DNA from: Cyanobacteria bacterium M_surface_7_m2_037
GTDB lineage: Bacteria > Cyanobacteriota > Cyanobacteriia > PCC-6307 > Cyanobiaceae
Length of the DNA: 54,054 nt
Assembly: GCA_016882585.1 (NCBI GenBank)
Contig: VGPP01000001.1
Span: forward strand, 1 to 54,054
Direction of reading: 5' to 3'
Positions 1-11,707 of this stretch are shown piece after piece; position 1 is the stretch's first letter, and every line of letters begins with the position of its first letter. The notes beneath the pieces are model-generated. The model saw only the letters and a program-made list of their open reading frames with translations. It had not been told where the DNA came from and did not search any database. A program made the position numbers and the translations under genes.

Positions 1-1
1 C

Positions 2-367
2 AATCATGTAGTGGAAGGGCGGAATGCCGCGGCCATGGCAGGCCAGCGCCGTGGCATGAATCGAATGGCAGTGCAGCACCGCCTGCACCTCCGGCCGATT
101 GGCCAGCACATCGGCATGCAGCCGCCATTCCGACGACGGCCGCCGCTGCAGGCGCCCGGGCTCGGGAGCCACCAACGGCTTACCCGCCAGATCCAGCGCC
201 ACCAGATCGCTGGGCTGCATCAGCTCATAGGGCAGTGAGCTGGGGGTGATCAGCATCCCGCCGGGGATGCGCGCCGAGAGATTGCCGGAGGTGCCCTGGT
301 TGATGCCGGTGGCCTGCATGCGCCGCGCCACCGTCACCAGCTGCTCGCGCAGATCCTGTTCGCTCAT
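2..367 (-). CDS. Class II aldolase/adducin family protein (FucA/Ald2-like), runs off the left edge
   Basis: Hand translation, absent from ORF track: MSEQDLREQLVTVARRMQATGINQGTSGNLSARIPGGMLITPSS...PSSEWRLH...VLHCHS...IPPFHYMI. Has GTSGN, PSSE and the HxH zinc ligands. Begins 11 nt after the mtnA stop (alternative GTG at 376). Confidence 0.9.
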   Translation of the reverse strand, partial: MSEQDLREQLVTVARRMQATGINQGTSGNLSARIPGGMLITPSSLPYELMQPSDLVALDLAGKPLVAPEPGRLQRRPSSEWRLHADVLANRPEVQAVLHCHSIHATALACHGRGIPPFHYMI

Positions 368-378
368 CGTGCTCACGT

Positions 379-1473
379 TCAGGCGTAGAGGTTGCGCAGG
401 CCGTCTTCACTGGCAGGCGCCACACCCCGTTCGGTGATCAGCGCCGTCACCAGCCGGGCCGGGGTCACATCAAAGGCGGGATTGAAGCCTTCGCTGCCAT
501 CGGGGGTGAGCTGCACCACGGCGAGCTCACCGGCAGCCGTGCGCCCCTGGATGTGGGTCACCTCCCGGGCATCGCGCGCTTCGATCGGAATCTCGGCCAC
601 ACCGTCGTCAATGGTCCAGTCGATGGTGGAGGCGGGCAGGGCCACATAGAAGGGCACGTTGTTGTCGTGGGCGGCGAGGGCCTTGAGGTAGGTACCGATC
701 TTGTTGCACACATCGCCGCGGCGGGTGGTGCGGTCGGTGCCCACGATCACCGCATCCACCTGGCCGTGCTGCATCAGGTGGCCACCGGCGTTGTCCACGA
801 TCGCGGTGTGAGGCACGCCTTCCCGCCCCAGCTCATAGGCCGTGAGCGAAGCGCCCTGGTTGCGCGGGCGGGTTTCATCCACCCACACATGGATGGCCAG
901 CCCGGCGCGATGGGCCTTGTAGATCGGCGCCAGGGCCGTACCCCAGTCCACCGTGGCCAGCCAGCCCGCATTGCAGTGGGTGAGCACATTGAACGGCTGC
1001 CCTTGGCGTTCAGCCGGCCGCGCGGCGGCCAGTTGCTGGAAGATCGCAAGGCCGTGGTCGCCGATGGCCTCGCACATGGCAACATCTTCATCGGCGATGG
1101 CGGCTGCTTCGGCCTTGGCGGCCTCGGCCCGCTGCTCCGGCGGCAACGGCGCCACGCGATCGCGCACCCGCTCCAGCGCCCAGCGCAGGTTCACCGCCGT
1201 GGGCCGCGTGGCATTGAGCTGCTCAAACGCTGCGGCCAAGGCTGCATCGCTCGGATTCGCCTGAAGCGCCAGCATCAAGCCATAGGCACCGGTGACGCCG
1301 ATCAGCGGTGCACCGCGCACCACCATCGTGCGGATGGCCTCCGCCGCTTCATCGCAGCTGCGCAGCGTGCGGGTGGTGAAGCGATGCGGCAACTGGATCT
1401 GATCGATCACCCCGATCGAGCGGCCATCGGGCTCGAGCCAGATGGTGCGCCAGGCCATGCCGTCGATCTTCAT
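379..1473 (-). CDS. mtnA: Methylthioribose-1-phosphate isomerase
   Basis: VRGAPLIG, RPTAVNL, THCNAGWLAT, DETRP, NKIGT and NPAFDVTP motifs. Confidence 0.95.
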   Translation of the reverse strand: MKIDGMAWRTIWLEPDGRSIGVIDQIQLPHRFTTRTLRSCDEAAEAIRTMVVRGAPLIGVTGAYGLMLALQANPSDAALAAAFEQLNATRPTAVNLRWALERVRDRVAPLPPEQRAEAAKAEAAAIADEDVAMCEAIGDHGLAIFQQLAAARPAERQGQPFNVLTHCNAGWLATVDWGTALAPIYKAHRAGLAIHVWVDETRPRNQGASLTAYELGREGVPHTAIVDNAGGHLMQHGQVDAVIVGTDRTTRRGDVCNKIGTYLKALAAHDNNVPFYVALPASTIDWTIDDGVAEIPIEARDAREVTHIQGRTAAGELAVVQLTPDGSEGFNPAFDVTPARLVTALITERGVAPASEDGLRNLYA

Positions 1474-1538
1474 GGGGTGCGTTGCCCAGCCGAATGCACC
1501 ATGCTGCCCGTCGACCGCACCCGTTCCCCCAGCGCCCC

Positions 1539-2558
1539 ATGCCCCTGAGCCGCCGCCAGCTGCTGCAGCTCACCGCCGCTGGAGCGGCGGGCGGCGGGCT
1601 GAGCTTGTTGGGCCTGCAGCAGGCACCATCGGCCGCCGCCCCGAGCCGCCGCCCCGATCTACGCATCGGCCTGATCAGCGACCTCAACAGCAGCTACGGC
1701 TCCACCACCTACATCCCCCAGGTGAGCCAGGGCCTTCAGCAACTGCTGGCCCTGCAACCGGCAGTGGTGGTGTGCGCCGGCGACATGGTGGCCGGCCAGA
1801 AACCAGGCCTCAGCGCCGCCCAGCTCGATGCGATGTGGGAGGGCTTTGCCCGCACGGTGCTGCAGCCGGTGCGTCAGGCCGGCCGACCCTTTCTGCCGGC
1901 CGTGGGCAATCACGACGGCTCACCCGGCTTCGAAGCGGATCGCGCCGCGGTGCGGCGCTTCTGGACGCCCCGGCGCCAGGCCCTCGGCCTGCGCTTCGTG
2001 GACGTGGGCGATTTCCCCTTCCACTACAGCGCCGTTCAGAACGACGTGTTTTTTCTCGTGTGGGATGCCAGCTCCGGCCGCATCCCCGCCAGCCAGCTGA
2101 GCTGGGCCAGCCAGCAGCTGGCCAACCCGGAGGCCCGCCAGGCACGGCTACGGCTGGTGGTGGGCCACCTTCCCCTGGTGGGCGTGAGCCAAGGCCGCGA
2201 TCGCGCCGGTGAGGTGCTCGATCAGGCGGCAGCCGTGCAGAGCCTGCTGGAGCAAGGCCGCGTGCAGGCGTACATCAGCGGCCACCAACACGCCTGGTTC
2301 CCCGCCCGCCGCGGCCAGCTCGATCTGATCCATCTGGGGGCCATGGGCAGCGGCCCCAGACGCCTCCTGCAAGGAGCCATCCCGCCCCAGCAGACCTACA
2401 CAACCCTCGACATCAACTGGCAAGACGACTCCCTTGTGGAGACCACCTATGCCGTAGCCAACGGCCAACCCGTGGCCTGGAGCCGCCTACCCGCCAGCCT
2501 GGCGGGCCGCGCCGGCGGCCTCAACCGCAACGCTCAGGCGCGATCGATCCGGCGGTAG
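1539..2558 (+). CDS. Tat-exported calcineurin-like metallophosphoesterase
   Basis: SRRQLL twin-arginine motif followed by a hydrophobic stretch; SDLN, GDMV, GNHD, GH and GHQH metal motifs. ATG at 1539 chosen as start. Confidence 0.85.
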   Translation: MPLSRRQLLQLTAAGAAGGGLSLLGLQQAPSAAAPSRRPDLRIGLISDLNSSYGSTTYIPQVSQGLQQLLALQPAVVVCAGDMVAGQKPGLSAAQLDAMWEGFARTVLQPVRQAGRPFLPAVGNHDGSPGFEADRAAVRRFWTPRRQALGLRFVDVGDFPFHYSAVQNDVFFLVWDASSGRIPASQLSWASQQLANPEARQARLRLVVGHLPLVGVSQGRDRAGEVLDQAAAVQSLLEQGRVQAYISGHQHAWFPARRGQLDLIHLGAMGSGPRRLLQGAIPPQQTYTTLDINWQDDSLVETTYAVANGQPVAWSRLPASLAGRAGGLNRNAQARSIRR

Positions 2559-3088
2559 CCGAACCAATCCGGCACCTGCGGCTGGCTGAATCCCTCGGGA
2601 TGGGGATCGAGCTGCACGTGCCAGCGCTCACCGCCCAGCAGCTCCAGCTGCTCGATCGCCAGGCAGTCATCCACCGCGCAGAGATCATCTTTGTGCTGCT
2701 GCAGCGCCCCCTGCAGCCACTGCCGCTTGGCGGTGGCCTTGGCCGCCTGGGAGGAGCGGGCCACCACCAGGCCGAAGCGGTGCAGCTCCGCCAGGGAATC
2801 GGGGCGGTAAGCGCCCAGGTTCACGAACCAGAGGCGCTCGGGCCGGGGCGCGGGCACCTCGCGCACGAGGCTCACCGCCCAGCCATCGATCGCCCGCACC
2901 GCCATGTAGCTGTCCAGGTGCAGGCCCTCACACCTCCCGAACCACTGGCGCCGCAGCTCCGGGATCGTGTCATCGATCGTGGATCCGGCCACGAAGCGCA
3001 CATCGTGCAGCTCGATCAGGCTGGTGGCGGTGCGGCCGCCCAGCACCACCAGAAACAACATGGGTTCGTTCGTGGTTGGCGTGCTCAT
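2534..3088 (-). CDS. DUF1543 family protein
   Basis: LFLVVLGGR..IELHDVRFV, GLHLDSY, LWFVNLGAY, HKDD and PDWFGY pattern. The longer track ORF is an antisense extension over the amine oxidase. Confidence 0.8.
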   Translation of the reverse strand: MSTPTTNEPMLFLVVLGGRTATSLIELHDVRFVAGSTIDDTIPELRRQWFGRCEGLHLDSYMAVRAIDGWAVSLVREVPAPRPERLWFVNLGAYRPDSLAELHRFGLVVARSSQAAKATAKRQWLQGALQQHKDDLCAVDDCLAIEQLELLGGERWHVQLDPHPEGFSQPQVPDWFGYRRIDRA

Positions 3089-3154
3089 CGCGCCTGAATC
3101 GACAACACCCACAGGCCTGATCAGCATTGCAGCAGTGGCGTGGGCACTCCCGGC

Positions 3155-4585
3155 ATGGCTGAGGCACTGGATGTGCTGGTGGTGGGCGCCGGCCTCTCCG
3201 GCCTGATCGCGGCACGGCGGTTGCAGCAGCAGGGCCTGCGGGTGCGCGTGCTGGAAGCGCGAGGCCGGGTGGGCGGGCGGATGGTGAGCCACACCCTGGC
3301 CGATGGATCCATGGTGGATCTGGGCGGCCAATGGGGCGGCAACACGCACCACCGCTTCGCGGCGCTGCTGGAGGAGCTTGGGCTGAGCCGCTATCCGAGC
3401 CACTACGGCGGCGAGGGGGTGTTCTGCTGGCAAGGGCGGCGGGTACAGACCCCCCTGGCCGAGCGGTTTGAAGAGAGCCTGCTGTTCTTTGAACCCGGCG
3501 CCCTGGGGCTGGATCCCGAGGAGCTGGCAGCCACCCAGGCGCTGCAGCAGAGCTTCGCCGCGCTGGTGGCTCAGATCAACCCGCAGCAGCCCTGGCTCAC
3601 ACCCAACGCGGAACAGCTCGATCGGCTCAGCGTGGCGGCTTGGGCTGCTCAGCACAGCCCCTTGCCCCTCCCCCGGCTCCCGCTCGACTGGCTCTGCCGG
3701 GTGGGGGGCTCAGGCGGCTTTGAACCCTGGGAAAGCTCGATCCTGCACCTGGCCTGGACCCAGGCCGTGGCCCCCCAGGCCGAAACGCCCGAAGCCTGGC
3801 TGGTGCGCGGCGGCGCCGGCGGGGTGGCCCAGCAGCTGGCCCGCGAGCTGGAGGCCAGCAGCCAGGGCTGCCTGCAGCTGAATGCACCGGTGCAGGCGAT
3901 CGAGCAGAGCAGCAGAGCGGCCACGGTGCGGGCGGAAGGGCTCAGCCCACTGCAGGCGCAGGTGGTGATCGTGGCCGTGCCGCCACCGCTGCGGCAGGCG
4001 ATCCGCTTCGATCCACCCCTGCCGCCCGCCCATCAGGCCCTGCTGCAGCGCACGGCCATGGGCGGCATGACCAAGATCCTGGCCCGCTACAGCCGGCCCT
4101 TCTGGCGCGAGCAGGGGCTCAATGGCCTGGGCATCGGCGATCTGCCCTGGCTGGAGCTCACCGCCGACAGCGCTCCACCGGAGGGCCAGCCGGCCGTGCT
4201 GGCCAGCTTCGTGGCCGGCGAACGGGCCCTGGCCCTGGCGGCCCTGCCGGAGTCGGAGCGCCGGACTCAGATCCTTCGCGACCTGGTGGCCTACTGGGGG
4301 CCAGCCGCCGGCGAACCGCTGGAGCTGGTGGAACAGGCCTGGAACAACGAAACCTGGAGCGGTGGTGCCTTCACCAGCTTTCCCGCCCCCGGCAGCTGGA
4401 CCAGCTCCGCGCGCCTGGCCGCCGGCCCCGAAGGCGGGCCCGGTCCCGCCAGCCACGGGCGGGTGCTCTGGGCCGGCACGGAGGCCTCCCCGCGCTGGCC
4501 GGGCTATTTCGAAGGCGCCATCGAAGCCGGCGAACGGGCGGCAGCCGCCGCCGCGCAGCACTGCATCGAAAGCAAACAGCGCTGA
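3155..4585 (+). CDS. Flavin monoamine oxidase family protein
   Basis: VVGAGLSG, LEARGRVGGR, DLGGQW, WSGGAF, AGTE and GYFEGA motifs. Confidence 0.9.
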   Translation: MAEALDVLVVGAGLSGLIAARRLQQQGLRVRVLEARGRVGGRMVSHTLADGSMVDLGGQWGGNTHHRFAALLEELGLSRYPSHYGGEGVFCWQGRRVQTPLAERFEESLLFFEPGALGLDPEELAATQALQQSFAALVAQINPQQPWLTPNAEQLDRLSVAAWAAQHSPLPLPRLPLDWLCRVGGSGGFEPWESSILHLAWTQAVAPQAETPEAWLVRGGAGGVAQQLARELEASSQGCLQLNAPVQAIEQSSRAATVRAEGLSPLQAQVVIVAVPPPLRQAIRFDPPLPPAHQALLQRTAMGGMTKILARYSRPFWREQGLNGLGIGDLPWLELTADSAPPEGQPAVLASFVAGERALALAALPESERRTQILRDLVAYWGPAAGEPLELVEQAWNNETWSGGAFTSFPAPGSWTSSARLAAGPEGGPGPASHGRVLWAGTEASPRWPGYFEGAIEAGERAAAAAAQHCIESKQR

Positions 4586-4641
4586 GGCAAGGCAAGCCCT
4601 CGAAAACGCGCCAGGCTGCAGGCAACGCATTCCCGTGCTGC

Positions 4642-5568
4642 ATGGCCCCGCTGCTCAGCCCGCCCGCCCTGGGCCTCGGCACCTGGAAATCCAGCCCCGG
4701 CGAGGTGGGCGAGGCCGTGCGCGCCGCCCTGGAGCTGGGCTACCGCCACATCGACTGCGCCTCGATCTACGGCAACGAAACCGAAATCGGCCAGGCCCTG
4801 GCGGGCGCCTTCCGCGATGGGGTGGTGCAGCGCGATCAGCTATGGATCACCTCCAAGCTCTGGAACGACTGCCACGCACCGGAGGATGTGCGCCCGGCAC
4901 TGCTGCGCAGCCTCAACGCTCTGCAGCTCGAGCAGCTCGACCTCTACCTGATCCATTGGCCGGTGGTGCACCGCCATGGCGTATTGATGCCGGAGCAAGC
5001 CGGCGATCAGATCCCGCTCGAGCAGCTGCCGCTCAGCCAAACCTGGAGCGCCATGGAAGCGCTGGTGGAGGAAGGCCTGGTGCGCCAGATCGGCGTCTCG
5101 AACTGCAGCGCCACCAAGCTGAAAGGGCTGCTGCCAAGCAGCCGGGTGCGGCCAGCGATGAACCAGGTGGAGCGTCATCCCTGGCTGCAGCAGAACGCAC
5201 TGCTGCAGTTTTGCCGTCACGAGGGCATCGGCGTCACGGCCTATTCACCTCTGGGCTCCCCCAGTGGACCGGACCAGGCGCCGCTGCTGGCCGATCCCAC
5301 CATCACGGCCATCGCCACAACCCATGGCGCCACGCCAGCTCAGGTGCTGCTGGCCTGGGGGATCGCCACCGGCACGGCCGTGATTCCCAAATCGGTGCGG
5401 CGGGATCGCCTGGCCAGCAACCTGGCCGCCAGCCAACTGCAGCTCAGCCCCGAGGACCTGCAGCAGATCGCCCATCTCGAGCGAGGCCATCGCTTCGTGG
5501 ACGGCAGCTTCTGGGAACTGCCCGGCGGCCCCTACAACCGAACTGCGCTTTGGGACGAACCAGCCTGA
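4642..5568 (+). CDS. Aldo/keto reductase
   Basis: GLGTW; catalytic tetrad in HIDCASIY, TSKLW and LIHWP; IGVSN, AYSPLG, IPKS. Confidence 0.93.
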   Translation: MAPLLSPPALGLGTWKSSPGEVGEAVRAALELGYRHIDCASIYGNETEIGQALAGAFRDGVVQRDQLWITSKLWNDCHAPEDVRPALLRSLNALQLEQLDLYLIHWPVVHRHGVLMPEQAGDQIPLEQLPLSQTWSAMEALVEEGLVRQIGVSNCSATKLKGLLPSSRVRPAMNQVERHPWLQQNALLQFCRHEGIGVTAYSPLGSPSGPDQAPLLADPTITAIATTHGATPAQVLLAWGIATGTAVIPKSVRRDRLASNLAASQLQLSPEDLQQIAHLERGHRFVDGSFWELPGGPYNRTALWDEPA

Positions 5569-5595
5569 GCGCAGCCCTGCACAAGAATGGGCTGC

Positions 5596-6309
5596 ATGGA
5601 TTTCTTTGCGCAGCAGTGGGCCTCCTACCGGGCCGTGGTGGAACACGATCTGATGGAGCATCAGGCCGTAGCCGCCGCCACTGCTGCGGCCCTGGAGAGC
5701 TGGCTCGCAGCACGTGAAGCGGGCGCTGCAGCCCCGCGGATGGTGGATCTGGGCTGCGGCGATCTGGCCTTGCTGGCTCCGCTGCTGCGCCACCTGCCCC
5801 TAGGGGCCTACACCGGCCTGGATCTCACCGCCCAAGTGTTGCCCCTGGCGCAGCGATCACTGGGAGAGGTGCCATACCCATGCCAGTGGATCGAAGGCGA
5901 TCTGCTGCGCTGGGCAAACGAGGCGTCAGGCAACGGCGATGAACCAGTCGACATCCTTCACTCCGCCTTCGCCATCCATCACCTCAGCGACAGCGAGAAA
6001 CACACGCTGCTCGGGAGCCTGCGCAGCCGGATCGCCCCGGGGGGCCTGTTCATTTGGGTGGATGTGTTCCGCGACGCCGGCGAAAGCAGAGACGCTTATG
6101 TGCAGCGCTACCTGCAGCGCATCGCCGCGGGTTGGCCGCAGCTCTCTCCCGAACAACGCGAACACGTGAGCCAGCACCTGACCGCCTACGACAATCCGGC
6201 TGAGCGCGGTGCGATTGAAGCCACAGCCGAGGCCTCCGGATGGCACTGGCGCTGGGCCTGGAGCGGCGCGCACCGGGCCGAAGCGATGGCAGTGCTGACG
6301 CCGGCTTGA
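5596..6309 (+). CDS. Class I SAM-dependent methyltransferase
   Basis: VDLGCGD motif I, GLDL, FAIHHL, PGG. Confidence 0.85.
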   Translation: MDFFAQQWASYRAVVEHDLMEHQAVAAATAAALESWLAAREAGAAAPRMVDLGCGDLALLAPLLRHLPLGAYTGLDLTAQVLPLAQRSLGEVPYPCQWIEGDLLRWANEASGNGDEPVDILHSAFAIHHLSDSEKHTLLGSLRSRIAPGGLFIWVDVFRDAGESRDAYVQRYLQRIAAGWPQLSPEQREHVSQHLTAYDNPAERGAIEATAEASGWHWRWAWSGAHRAEAMAVLTPA

Positions 6310-6312
6310 GCG

Positions 6313-6564
6313 TCAAGGATCAAAGCGAAGCGGAAAGTCTTCAGGACGGCGGATCGAAGCGAGGGAAAGATCAATATCAAGATCAGGCCAATAGAGATGA
6401 TCTGCGGAAGGCCTGGTGACATTTAGAACCTGATCAATTGTTCCCTCCTTAAACCAAGGGAAATCCGCGTAGGAGAGAGCCAGCTCTTCGCCATCCAGAA
6501 GGATCCACAGGCAATGCTTCGACACATTGGTGACTTCAACTGCCGAAGTGACGGTTCCAGGCAT
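6313..6564 (-). CDS. DUF2442 family protein (putative antitoxin, DhiA-like)
   Basis: FPWF..GT, HLYWPDLDIDLSL signature; overlaps the 3' end of the DUF4160 gene. Confidence 0.85.
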   Translation of the reverse strand: MPGTVTSAVEVTNVSKHCLWILLDGEELALSYADFPWFKEGTIDQVLNVTRPSADHLYWPDLDIDLSLASIRRPEDFPLRFDP

Positions 6565-6775
6565 CAACAATCTCCTGATAGTGGGCTTCGACCAAACGCT
6601 GGGCCACTCTCACACGGGCATCGCTGAGGCCAACCGTCCTTGCCAGCTGAACGGAAGGCGTCAGCCAGAACTTCACTTCACCCTCAGGGTGGCTGACATG
6701 AACGTGAATCCTCGACTCTTCCCGTGAAAAGAAGAAAAGGCGGTACTCGCCATCCCGAAGGATTGTTGGCGACAA
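6536..6775 (-). CDS. DUF4160 family protein (putative toxin, DhiT-like)
   Basis: PTILRDGEYRLFFFSREE..HVHV..GEVKFWL..AWNRHFG; TTG start. Confidence 0.85.
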   Translation of the reverse strand: MSPTILRDGEYRLFFFSREESRIHVHVSHPEGEVKFWLTPSVQLARTVGLSDARVRVAQRLVEAHYQEIVDAWNRHFGS

Positions 6776-6850
6776 TCAACACCCCCCAGCTGCCCTATCA
6801 ACCTAACCAGAACGACTGACGTTGGCGACCGACCGTGCTGAGGGCAGTGC

Positions 6851-8140
6851 TCAGCTGTGCTCGCGCAGGAAGCTGATCGAACCCGCCAGCTCCTCCGCGA
6901 AGCGATCGATCTCCTCGGGAGTGGTGGTGAAGCTGAGGCTGGCGCGAGCGGAACCGCTGATGCCGTAGTGGCGATGCAGCGGTTGGGTGCAGTGGTGGCC
7001 GCTGCGGATGCAGATCCCGGCTGAATCCAGCAGAGCAGCGATGTCGTTGGCGTGGACACCTTCCACATGGAAGGCGGCAAGGGCCGCACGATCGGGCTGC
7101 TGCTCGGGGGTGGGGCCGAGGATGCGCAGGCCATCGATGGCCTGGAGGCGATCAAACAGCTGGCGGGTGAGCTGCTGCTCCCAGGCATGGATGCGATCCA
7201 ATCCGATGGCCTGGAGGTAGTCGAGGGCGGCGCCCATGCCAACCGCCTCGCCGATCGCCGGGGTACCGGCTTCGAACTTGTGGGGCAGGCCGGCCCAGGT
7301 GCTGTGATCGAGGTAGACGTCCTGGATCATTTCGCCGCCGCCCAGGAAGGGGGGCATCGCCTCAAGCAGGGCCTCGCGGCCCCAGAGGAAGCCCATGCCC
7401 GTGGGACCGCAGAGCTTGTGGGAGCTGCCCACCAGGAAATCAGCGCCGAGCTGCTTCACGTTCACCGGCAGGTGGGGCAGGCTCTGGCAGGCATCCACCA
7501 GCACCAGGGCACCGGCGGCGTGGGCCAGGGCTGCCACCTCCTCAATCGGGTTGAGGCAGCCGAGCGTGTTGCTCACCTGCACCAGGCTCACCAGCCTGGT
7601 GCGATCGCTGATCTTGCTGCGCAGGTCGTTCAGATCGAGTTCACCGCTCTCGGTGAGGCCGGCATGGCGCAACACGCAGCCGGTGCGATCAGCGAGCAGC
7701 TGCCAGGGCACCAGGTTGCTGTGGTGCTCCATCACGGTGAGCAGCACCTCATCGCCGGGGCGCAGATTGGCCTCACCCCAGCTGCGGGCCACGAGGTTGA
7801 TCGCCTCGCTGGCATTGCGGGTGAACACGATCTCGTTGGGGTTGGCCGCACCCACAAAGGCCGCCGCCTTGGCACGGGCGCCTTCAAAGCCTTCGGTGGC
7901 ACGGGCGCTCAGCTGGTGCGCGCCGCGGTGCACGTTGGCGTTGTCGTGGTCGTAGTAATGCTGAAGCGCCTCAAGCACCTGGCGAGGCTTCTGGCTGGTG
8001 GCGGCGTGATCGAGATAGATCAACGGCTGCCCGAGGCAGGCGGTCTGCGCCAGCAGCGGGAAATCAGGGCGTGTGAGAGCCGCCAGATCGGCCGCCGGCT
8101 CCACCGCAGCGCTGTGAGGAGCCGAGAGGGTGCTGGTCAT
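6851..8140 (-). CDS. sufS: Cysteine desulfurase SufS
   Basis: YLDHAATSQKP, SSHK (PLP lysine), RSGHHC group II motif; ATGA overlap with sufD. Confidence 0.96.
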   Translation of the reverse strand: MTSTLSAPHSAAVEPAADLAALTRPDFPLLAQTACLGQPLIYLDHAATSQKPRQVLEALQHYYDHDNANVHRGAHQLSARATEGFEGARAKAAAFVGAANPNEIVFTRNASEAINLVARSWGEANLRPGDEVLLTVMEHHSNLVPWQLLADRTGCVLRHAGLTESGELDLNDLRSKISDRTRLVSLVQVSNTLGCLNPIEEVAALAHAAGALVLVDACQSLPHLPVNVKQLGADFLVGSSHKLCGPTGMGFLWGREALLEAMPPFLGGGEMIQDVYLDHSTWAGLPHKFEAGTPAIGEAVGMGAALDYLQAIGLDRIHAWEQQLTRQLFDRLQAIDGLRILGPTPEQQPDRAALAAFHVEGVHANDIAALLDSAGICIRSGHHCTQPLHRHYGISGSARASLSFTTTPEEIDRFAEELAGSISFLREHS

Positions 8141-9380
8141 GCGGCAACCTCCAGCAAACGCTCGAGCGAACACCAGCTGCGCGCCGCTGCAGGCAGGTCC
8201 CGCAGCACTTCCTCGCAGAAGGCACGCTGCAGCAGCCCCGCCGCCTGGTCGGCACCGATGCCGCGGCTCTGCAGATAAAAGAGCTCATCGGTCTGCAGGC
8301 TGCTCACCGTGGCGCCATGGGCGCACTTCACGTCGTCGGCCACGATCTCGAGCTCCGGCTTGGTGTCGATCCTGGCGCGATCGGAGAGCAGCAGGCTGCG
8401 GCTGAGCTGGGCCGCATTGGTGCGCTGGGCGGCGCGGGGCACACGCACGGCACCGTTGAACACGCTGCGGCCTTGGCCGGCAGCTACCGCTTTATGCAGT
8501 TGATCCAGTTGCCCTTCAGGGCCCTTGAACTCCACGAAGCTGTGGGTATCGGCGATGCGCTGGCCATCCACCAGCTGCAGGCCCCGCAAGGTGGTGTGGG
8601 CTGCTCCATCCACCTGCACGGCACGGGGCTCGAGCCGGGCCAGCCCCCAGCCGGAGGTGATGCTGCTGAGCTGAGCGTTGCTTTCGGGTTCCTGCTCGAT
8701 CGCCATGTTGGCCATGAGCGCAGCATCGGCTTGGCCAAGTGCCACCAGGCCATGGCTGAGGCGAGCCCCGCGGGCCAGGTGAACCTCAACCACCAGGCTG
8801 TGCAAACCGGCGGCCTGGGCTTCCACCAACTGGGAGAGATCCAGCTCCGCTTTCTCCTCCAGCAGCAGCAACAGGCGCAGCGCCTGCAGGCCTTCCGCTG
8901 CAGCGCTCACCAACTCCAGGCTCACCTGGCTGCGGCTGGTGACGCGCAGGGCAAGCACATGCTCGGCCGCCGCATGATTGAGCTCCACCGGCCAATGCTG
9001 CTGGCAGCCGGCAGCTGCCAGGGTGTGCCCCAATCCTTGAGCAATTTCTCCAGCGCTCAGTCGCTGCAGGCCTGCGGGCAAGGCGTGGCCGGCCAGCGGG
9101 TCGCTGCCACCGTTCCAGTGCAGACGGAAGGCACCGGCTTCAGGAGCAGGCAAGGCTGCGGTTGCCGCCGCGGCCGGAGCAAGCGGCAGCGTTTGCAGCA
9201 GGGAGAGATCGGTGAAGCGCCAATCTTCATGACGCGCCGAGGGGATGGCGGTTTGGCGCAGGGCCTGGCGGCCACGCTCCTGAACCGGTGCCAGCTCACC
9301 ACAGGCGGCGGGCAGCTGGGCCAACCAGCCCTCCAGCCAAGCGCCCTTGGCCGCGGCCGGTGCTGCGAGGCTTGCGCTCA

Positions 9381-9381
<1 letters not shown>
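8137..9381 (-). CDS. sufD: Fe-S cluster assembly protein SufD
   Basis: [33 protein letters not shown]; position in the operon. Confidence 0.93.
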
Positions 9382-10175
<794 letters not shown>

Positions 10176-10255
10176 GGCGTGGGAGTGAGCGAGAACGAAA
10201 TCAAAAACAGAACTGGAGCGGGCGTCTCAACGCCGAGCGGGCAGCGGGGCTGAAC

Positions 10256-11698
<1,443 letters not shown>

Positions 11699-11707
11699 GA
11701 TTCAGGA

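Noticed and set aside
6790-6847. CTGCCCT/AGGGCAG inverted repeat as the ends of a mini mobile element
   Set aside because: Only 7 bp, with no target duplication and no second copy noticed.
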